Positions 57,451 through 64,000 of a stretch of DNA of 64,000 bases are shown in pieces (positions within the stretch are counted from its first letter, which is position 1; every line of letters starts with the position of its first letter). The notes beneath the pieces were generated by a model. The model was not told the origin of the DNA, did no database searches, and saw only the letters and a list, made by a program, of their open reading frames with translations. The position numbers and the translations under genes were made by a program. This DNA is from a bacterium (GTDB lineage Bacteria; Patescibacteriota; Microgenomatia; Daviesbacterales; UBA10151), in contig JAJYNN010000002.1 of NCBI GenBank assembly GCA_021786315.1, positions 545,494-609,493 on the forward strand. The letters run 5' to 3'.

Positions 57451-57523
57451 TTAACCTAGAAACACCTAATTTTACCATCCTCCCACTTGTCTTACAAACC
57501 CAAAATGTAGGATAATTACCGGT

Positions 57524-58144
57524 ATGGATCCCCAATACCCTAAAGAAGTTAACCCTGATTTAGCCAAAGCGACTGAAGAACATCCTTCATCATCAAAATT
57601 TAGGGATAGCTTAGTTGAACTGATTGAGTTTGTTGCCATCGTTGCAGCAGTATTAATCGTCTTGCGTTTTTTTATTGCCGAGCCTCACCGTGTCTCCGGA
57701 AGTTCAATGGTCCCCAATTTTCATGATGGAGATTATATTATTACCAACAAACTTGCCAAAAGCATTGCCCATCTTGAAAGGGGGGAAGTTATTATCCTGC
57801 ACAACCCCAGAAACACCGACCAGGTATTTATTAAAAGGATAGTTGGACTGCCGGGAGAAAAAATCCAAATTCTAGACGGGCAAGTGTATATTAACGGCAA
57901 ACAAATTCAGGAACCATACCTACCTCAGGGGCTCAAAACCTCCGGAGGGGCATTTCTTCCCGAAGGAGAAGAGATTACTATCCCCGATAACCAATATTTC
58001 GTCATGGGAGATAACAGGAACGGCAGCTCGGATTCAAGGGAATGGGGCACAGTCGAATACAACCTGGTCATCGGCCAAGCATGGGCAAGATATTGGCCAG
58101 CACAAAAGTTTGGAATTATTCCGGTCGATAAACCTTCGAATTAA
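57524..58144 (+). CDS. lepB: signal peptidase I
   Basis: GSSMVP, FIKRIVGLPG, MGDNR..S.DSR.WG. Confidence 0.96.
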   Translation: MDPQYPKEVNPDLAKATEEHPSSSKFRDSLVELIEFVAIVAAVLIVLRFFIAEPHRVSGSSMVPNFHDGDYIITNKLAKSIAHLERGEVIILHNPRNTDQVFIKRIVGLPGEKIQILDGQVYINGKQIQEPYLPQGLKTSGGAFLPEGEEITIPDNQYFVMGDNRNGSSDSREWGTVEYNLVIGQAWARYWPAQKFGIIPVDKPSN

Positions 58145-58980
58145 AAGAGAGAAGTAATAGCTTCGTAGATTTTTCTCACTATTTCGGCATTAGCTTCCGG
58201 GTTTCCCGGAATCTTAAACTCTAATTTTGCCTGATTCCCGGTTAAGACGTACTTTACGTGAGCCTTTCTGTCACCTTTAGACAAAGCAGAAGCCAAACCT
58301 GCTTGGATCTTATCTATTTCATCGTTTAGGATATGCATATCAATTCTTTCACCCTTCTTGGCAGCAATTCCAAGCTTGGAACGCATTTTTCGGACAAGCT
58401 CTTCCGTTCCCCGGACTGACAAGTTTTTCTTAAGGACTTCTTTATATGCCTCAATAATCAAGTGAGGATCCTCTAAAGCAGCTAAAGCCCTAACGTGACC
58501 CTCTGTTGTTTGTTCAGACATCACCGCATCTTTTAAAGCGTCAGGCAAAGTCAAAAGGCGGATTGTGTTGGAAATGTAGGCGGGGCTCTTCCCTACCCTT
58601 TGGGCAATCTCGGCATTGGCCAAACCGAACTCATCCATCAGTCTTCTGTAAGCTTGGGCCCTCTCTAAAGCATTAAGGTCTTGCCTTTGGACATTTTCCA
58701 CAATTGCCATCTCCAGCATCCCTCTTGGAGAAGTTTCTTTCATAATTACAGGGACTTTTTTGAGGCCGGCGAGTTTAGAAGCTCTCCAGCGTCTTTCGCC
58801 GGCGATTATTTGAAATCCGGCAGGGGTCTTGGCAACAACCAAGGGTTCCAAAATTCCGTGTTCTCTGATTGATTCTGCAAGCTCGGCCAAAGACTCAGGG
58901 GTAATTAAACCTCTTGGTTGGAGTGGATTGGGCTCCAAGAGGTTGATATCTAACTCAAATACTTGGTCAATATTATCCAT
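58141..58980 (-). CDS. parB: ParB/Spo0J chromosome partitioning protein
   Basis: [29 protein letters not shown]. Confidence 0.93.
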   Translation of the reverse strand: MDNIDQVFELDINLLEPNPLQPRGLITPESLAELAESIREHGILEPLVVAKTPAGFQIIAGERRWRASKLAGLKKVPVIMKETSPRGMLEMAIVENVQRQDLNALERAQAYRRLMDEFGLANAEIAQRVGKSPAYISNTIRLLTLPDALKDAVMSEQTTEGHVRALAALEDPHLIIEAYKEVLKKNLSVRGTEELVRKMRSKLGIAAKKGERIDMHILNDEIDKIQAGLASALSKGDRKAHVKYVLTGNQAKLEFKIPGNPEANAEIVRKIYEAITSLF

Positions 58981-59224
58981 TAATAATTTGAACTATGCTC
59001 TTACCTTTTTTCTTTGCAAATTCAACTTTTCCTGGAGTGGCTGCATAAATAGTAAAATCATTCCCTATCCTTGTTCCAATACCGGAATGAAACTTATTCC
59101 CCTTTTGTCTGACAATAATATTACCTACTTCAACAATTTCCCCACCATAACGTTTTACACCCAATCTCTTGGAAACTGAGTCTCTGCCATTTTTTGTTTT
59201 TCCACCTGCTTTTGTATGTGCCAT
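58973..59224 (-). CDS. rpmA: 50S ribosomal protein L27
   Basis: [20 protein letters not shown]. Confidence 0.97.
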   Translation of the reverse strand: MAHTKAGGKTKNGRDSVSKRLGVKRYGGEIVEVGNIIVRQKGNKFHSGIGTRIGNDFTIYAATPGKVEFAKKKGKSIVQIING

Positions 59225-59258
59225 ATATCTTTAAGGATACAATCCGTGAAAACAAAAA

Positions 59259-59582
59259 TCAAGCTTTTTTCACAGACTTTTTATCGTCTGCCAACTTAAT
59301 TCTTGTCATTTCCCTTTTTTGTCCTATTACTCTTCTATAATTAGCCTTTGCTTTGTAAGTTGCCACCCTTACTTTGGGTTTTCTGACATTGCCAACCACC
59401 TCAAAATTTAAAGTGGTCTTTAAGTATGGTTTTCCAATCTCGATTTTCTTACCATTGGAAACTAAAAGAACCTTGTCAATATTTAAGGTCTTTACATCCT
59501 CAGAAATTCGGTCAACTTCGATTGTTTGGCCAGGTTTAATTAAATATTGCCGGCCTGATATTTCAAAAATTGCATAATCCAT
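59259..59582 (-). CDS. rplU: 50S ribosomal protein L21
   Basis: YAIFEISGRQY, IGKPY, YRR..G; upstream of rpmA. Confidence 0.93.
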   Translation of the reverse strand: MDYAIFEISGRQYLIKPGQTIEVDRISEDVKTLNIDKVLLVSNGKKIEIGKPYLKTTLNFEVVGNVRKPKVRVATYKAKANYRRVIGQKREMTRIKLADDKKSVKKA

Positions 59583-59614
59583 AAAGGGAATTATACCCTG
59601 ATCTTGCTGTAGCG

Positions 59615-60700
59615 TCAATCCAAATCACGATTAAACGATTTTTGCCTACTGAATCTGGAAACTGAAGCAATGAAGCTTAAGGACAAGAGTACCGAAAGAA
59701 GCGAACTGCCTCCATAAGAAAGCAGCGGTAAGGTAATACCGGTAATAGGAAATAGTCCGACATTCATCCCAATATTAATTGAGGTTTGGAAAAAGATCAT
59801 TCCTAAAACTCCTAAGATTAATAAATTCCCAAATCGGCTCGATGAGTTAGTGCAAATCTTCAAGGCTCTGGCAATTAAAACACCATATAGAGATAAAACA
59901 ATAAGTGACCCTAGGAGCCCAAGTTCCTCGGCGATAGACGCAAAGATAAAATCTGTCCGGAACTCGGGTAGAAATTGCAGTCTGGACTGAGTCCCTCTCC
60001 CTAAGCCCCTTCCGAGTACTTGTCCTGACCCAACAGCGATCATTGATTGAATAACGTTATAGCCTATCCCTAAAGGATCCTGAGTAGGCGAGAGAAAGCT
60101 GAAAATCCTTTGTCTTTGGTAATCTTTCAAGAAGAGCCAGATGATAGGCGCAGATACAGCCGAAGCCACACCCATGATCATAAACTTAAACCAGGAGATA
60201 TTTGCTCCCACAAGCATTATTACCCAGATAGAGAGTAAAGTAAGCGCTGTCCCTAAATCCGGCTGTTTAAAGATCAACCCTATTAAGGGTGCCGCAATAA
60301 GGAAACTTTTTAATAAATTCATCCAATTGGGAAGCCGGTTAGACCAAAATTTTGCCAGAAATAAAATCAAAGCCGGCTTCGCCAACTCCGATGGTTGAAG
60401 CTGAATCCCCCCTAATGGTATCCACCTAACGGATCCTCTGGTCTCAAAACCTAAAAGGAAAACTACAACAAGTAAAATTATTACTGACAGGTAAAAATAA
60501 AGTGTGTAATTTTTATATATTTCAAAATCTAAAGAAGAAAGACCCCAATAAATTAGAAGCCCGACTAAGGCAAACAAACCCTGCTGGAAAGCAAGCTTGG
60601 TATCCGAAGAATAAATCACTAAAATGCCTAATGAAAGCAGCAGAATAGCAGGAATAGTTATCAATAAGTCAGGCAGAAAACCGCTTTTAGGATTCATCAA
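59615..60700 (-). CDS. rodA: SEDS family rod shape-determining protein RodA
   Basis: RW, QPSELAK, QPDLGT, LPE.RTDFIF, EELG, PLLSYGGSS. Confidence 0.9.
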   Translation of the reverse strand: MMNPKSGFLPDLLITIPAILLLSLGILVIYSSDTKLAFQQGLFALVGLLIYWGLSSLDFEIYKNYTLYFYLSVIILLVVVFLLGFETRGSVRWIPLGGIQLQPSELAKPALILFLAKFWSNRLPNWMNLLKSFLIAAPLIGLIFKQPDLGTALTLLSIWVIMLVGANISWFKFMIMGVASAVSAPIIWLFLKDYQRQRIFSFLSPTQDPLGIGYNVIQSMIAVGSGQVLGRGLGRGTQSRLQFLPEFRTDFIFASIAEELGLLGSLIVLSLYGVLIARALKICTNSSSRFGNLLILGVLGMIFFQTSINIGMNVGLFPITGITLPLLSYGGSSLLSVLLSLSFIASVSRFSRQKSFNRDLD

Positions 60701-63523
60701 TTAAACAACTTCGATCTTTAAACTCTCGCCTTGTATAAGCTCCAAAGCATTGGTCTGTTTTAATATTAGCTCAACTAGATTTTTATCTTTTGGCACTTCC
60801 GGTACAAAAGCCTTTATCTTATCTTGTAAAGTCAGCCCGGATTCTTTCCTTGCCTGTTGGATTTGCCTGATTATCTCCCTAGCTTCTCCTTCTGCTTGAA
60901 GTTCCGGAGTAATTTTTGTATCCAATTCCCCTTTAGCCTCATTTGAGGATTTTTTATACTCAATCTCTTTAACATTTAACTCATCCGCCATAATCTTTTC
61001 TAATTCGTCATCTAATTTCCCCTCTGAGAAGTAAGTAAACTTCTGCAATGGTTGACGAAGTTTAATATTTGCTTCTTTTCTTAGGGCATGTCCCCTCTCC
61101 ACCATTTGTCTCACAAGGCTCATCTGCCTCACCAGCTCTTCATCAATTAGCCCCTTGTCTGTTTCCGGATAATCAGTTAAATGAACCGATTCTTCTCCGG
61201 TAAGGTTTCGATAAATTGCTTCAGAAACAAAAGGCATAAACGGAGCTAGTAACTTGCTCAAAGTCACTAAGACTTCGTAAAAAGTCGACAAAAACACTTT
61301 CTCATCTTCCTTATCAGCTACAGGCCCTACACGATCTCTGGATCTTCGGATATACCAAGTCGATAAGTCATTTACGACAAAATCTTCAATATTTCTGGAG
61401 GAATTATAAAAATCATATTTATCTAAATTATTATTCACAAGCTCCGTCAGCTGGTTCAGTCTGGATATGATCCATTTATCAAGCGCTGTCCTATTTCTCA
61501 CATCTTGAACTTCAACCTCGGATAAATTAGCATAGTCGACGAAAAACTTATAACTGTTCCATAAAATTAAGGAAAAACGGCGTAATTTTTCTGAAACTAA
61601 GTCAGAGGAGAAGGGTACGCTCCCCCCTGGAGGGCAATTAGTGTAGAAAAACCAGCGAATTGTATCCGCTCCGGTTTTTGAGATTACATCCCAAGGATTA
61701 ACTACATTTCCCTTGGATTTACTCATCTTTTGGCCTTTTTCATCCAAAATATGTCCTGTTGTAAAGATATTTTTAACAGGAGCAGGGGTGCTATTTCCCA
61801 AAAGCATCGCTTCGGCCATTAAAGTAAAGAACCACCCTCTTGTTTGGTCAATTGCCTCAACAATATAATCTGCCGGATACCATTCCTTATAAATCTCCTG
61901 GTTTTCAAAGGGATAGTGCCACTGGGCAAAAGGCATTGCTCCTGAATCCATCCAGACATCAACCACATCAGAAACCCTTCTCATTTCCTGGGAACATTCA
62001 GGACATTTGAACGTCACTTCATCAATAAAAGGCTTGTGTAAATCATCGGGAACTTTACCCCCTAACTCTTCAATCTCATTCCGTCCGCCAACAACCTTTA
62101 TATGTTTATCAGGGCACATCCAAACCGGCAGCGGTGTTCCCCAAAACCTGTTACGGGAAATATTCCAATCAATTAATGTTTCCAACCAGTTTTTCATTCT
62201 CCCGGTCTTTATAGTTTTGGGAACCCAATTAATCTTTTGATTATCCTCTAAAAGCGCCTCTTTAACCGCAGTGGTTTTAATGAACCAGGAATCAAGGGCA
62301 TAATAAAGAATCGGGGTGGAACATCTCCAACAAAACGGATAAGTGTGTTTTATGGTTCCTGATTTATAAAGGATGTTTCTATTTTTTAAGTTTTCGATAA
62401 CATCTTTGTCGGCATCTTTGACAAATTTTCCGGCAAATTCAGTGATTTCCGGCATAAACTCCCCCTTTAAGCTGACCGTGTGCTGTAAAGGCAAGTTCGC
62501 CTTTTTCCCCATTTCAAAGTCTTCGATTCCGTACATTACCGCAGTATGAACGATGCCAGTTCCCTCATCTTCCGTAGCAAAATCCCCTTCTAAAACATAG
62601 AATGCTTTGGGCTCCGGTTTGATGTAATTAAATAGTGGTTTGTAGTTTTTCCCTAAAATATCTTCAAATTTAACATCACCTAAAACTTTGTACTCTCCGT
62701 CTAAAACGCTTAATCTTTTCTTGGCCAAAATATATCTTTCATCATTTTGCTCCACTTTCACATATTGGATATTTTTTCCAATCGTCAGGCCAACATTTCC
62801 CGGAAGTGTCCAGGGAGTTGTTGTCCAGACCAAAAAATAGGTGCCTGGTTCATCTTCCAACTCAAATTTAATAAAAACGGATGGGTCTTCCACATCATCT
62901 TTATATCCTTGGGCCAACTCATGGGAAGAAAGCGAAGTTCCGCAACGAGGACAGTAAGGGACAACTTTGTAGTCCCGGTACAAAAGACCCTTTTCGGAAA
63001 CCTGTTTTAAAAACCACCAAACGCTTTCAATATATTCATTTTTATAAGTGATATACGCGTCATCGAAGTTAATCCAAAAAGCAATCCTCCTGGTTAAGTT
63101 CACCCACTCATCAACATAACGAAAAACAGATTGTTTACATTTTTCATTAAAGAATTTAACTGACTCAAATTGGCTATCTTTTAAATCTAAAATATCCTGT
63201 TTGCCCCGCAATCCCAACTCTTTCTCAACTTCAATCTCTACCGGTAACCCATGGGTATCCCAACCGGCTTTTCTCTCCACCAAAAAGCCTTTCATTGTTC
63301 TATAGCGCAAAACTAAATCTTTGAAAGACCTTACTAATACATGATGAATGCCTGGTTTACCATTTGCCGTTGGAGGGCCTTCATAAAAAACAAATCTCTC
63401 CCGACCTTCCCGGTTTTCTACGGATTTTGCAAAAGTTTTGTTATCTTCCCAATAAGCCAAAACCTCTTCTTCGAGAGTCGGCAAATCAACTTGCGACGAA
63501 ATAGGCTTAAATCTTGTTACCAT
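60701..63523 (-). CDS. ileS: isoleucyl-tRNA synthetase (type 2-like)
   Basis: EGPPTANG.PGIHH, GWDTHGLP, WTTTPWTL, DQTRGWF, KMSKS. Confidence 0.96.
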   Translation of the reverse strand: MVTRFKPISSQVDLPTLEEEVLAYWEDNKTFAKSVENREGRERFVFYEGPPTANGKPGIHHVLVRSFKDLVLRYRTMKGFLVERKAGWDTHGLPVEIEVEKELGLRGKQDILDLKDSQFESVKFFNEKCKQSVFRYVDEWVNLTRRIAFWINFDDAYITYKNEYIESVWWFLKQVSEKGLLYRDYKVVPYCPRCGTSLSSHELAQGYKDDVEDPSVFIKFELEDEPGTYFLVWTTTPWTLPGNVGLTIGKNIQYVKVEQNDERYILAKKRLSVLDGEYKVLGDVKFEDILGKNYKPLFNYIKPEPKAFYVLEGDFATEDEGTGIVHTAVMYGIEDFEMGKKANLPLQHTVSLKGEFMPEITEFAGKFVKDADKDVIENLKNRNILYKSGTIKHTYPFCWRCSTPILYYALDSWFIKTTAVKEALLEDNQKINWVPKTIKTGRMKNWLETLIDWNISRNRFWGTPLPVWMCPDKHIKVVGGRNEIEELGGKVPDDLHKPFIDEVTFKCPECSQEMRRVSDVVDVWMDSGAMPFAQWHYPFENQEIYKEWYPADYIVEAIDQTRGWFFTLMAEAMLLGNSTPAPVKNIFTTGHILDEKGQKMSKSKGNVVNPWDVISKTGADTIRWFFYTNCPPGGSVPFSSDLVSEKLRRFSLILWNSYKFFVDYANLSEVEVQDVRNRTALDKWIISRLNQLTELVNNNLDKYDFYNSSRNIEDFVVNDLSTWYIRRSRDRVGPVADKEDEKVFLSTFYEVLVTLSKLLAPFMPFVSEAIYRNLTGEESVHLTDYPETDKGLIDEELVRQMSLVRQMVERGHALRKEANIKLRQPLQKFTYFSEGKLDDELEKIMADELNVKEIEYKKSSNEAKGELDTKITPELQAEGEAREIIRQIQQARKESGLTLQDKIKAFVPEVPKDKNLVELILKQTNALELIQGESLKIEVV

Positions 63524-63556
63524 ATGGGTAATTCTAACAAAAATGGTGCTCTGAAA

Positions 63557-64000
63557 CTAGTTGTTTCGGCGGAGGAAGGTGGGAATTTCAAATCTGTCAT
63601 CTGAATCTTCTGCCGCTACTTCTTCTACAACTTCCTCTTCTTCCGGCTCCTCTTCAGTAACCTCTTCCTGAGCCGTTGGCCTTTGGGGTTGTATATAACT
63701 TTGTGATAAAGGATTCATCCCTGCCCCGGCATATTCACGAAGCCTTGCCCTACTCTGGTCAAACCCAGTTGCAATAACCGAAACTATTAATTGGTCCACT
63801 TGGTCCTCTTTAATGGTGGCACCAAAGATAATGTTGGCATCCGGGTCGGCAGCGGCCGAAACAATCTTGGCTGCTTTGTCGACTTCTTCCATGGTTAAAT
63901 CCGGACCGCCAACAATATTGAACAAAACTCCCTTGGCGCCTTCAATGGAAACTTCCAAAAGCGGCGAAGCAATAGCCATGCGCGCTGCCGCTTCCGCCCT
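63557..64000 (-). CDS. ftsZ: cell division protein FtsZ, C-terminal part (5' truncated by window)
   Basis: [30 protein letters not shown]-terminal FEIPTFLRR. Confidence 0.96.
   Translation of the reverse strand, partial: RAEAAARMAIASPLLEVSIEGAKGVLFNIVGGPDLTMEEVDKAAKIVSAAADPDANIIFGATIKEDQVDQLIVSVIATGFDQSRARLREYAGAGMNPLSQSYIQPQRPTAQEEVTEEEPEEEEVVEEVAAEDSDDRFEIPTFLRRNN

Noticed and set aside
58141-58980. parB as a sign of plasmid or prophage
   Set aside because: It lies in a ribosomal-protein operon among core genes; no parA or parS site was recognised nearby.

Overview
A compact, gene-dense bacterial segment whose gene content and style suggest a Patescibacteria/CPR (Microgenomates-like) genome; this assignment is inference. 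Housekeeping genes include lexA, rsmI, typA, rnhB, rplS, dnaE, gatCAB, obg, htpX/lemA, polX, lepB, parB, rpmA/rplU, rodA, ileS and the 3' end of ftsZ, plus six tRNA genes. The main accessory feature is an ~11.6 kb large-serine-recombinase element integrated at a CTAC core at the 3' end of tRNA-Glu (16894-28499). It carries a Type I RM system with an HTH-fused HsdM, membrane proteins and ~1.1 kb of highly structured non-coding DNA. Unusually, it also holds a perfect inverted internal copy of its own reconstituted attP (18490-18703), so the integrase gene and the cargo are each bracketed by perfect 103/115-bp inverted repeats, and the integrase C-terminus depends on recombination state. Separately, four tRNA loci are followed by small structured units ending in a duplicated tRNA 3' end; three of these share a hairpin with compensatory base changes. 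Small palindromes and 7/8-mer repeats also occur in frame inside housekeeping genes. No CRISPR array, rRNA or reverse transcriptase was seen.
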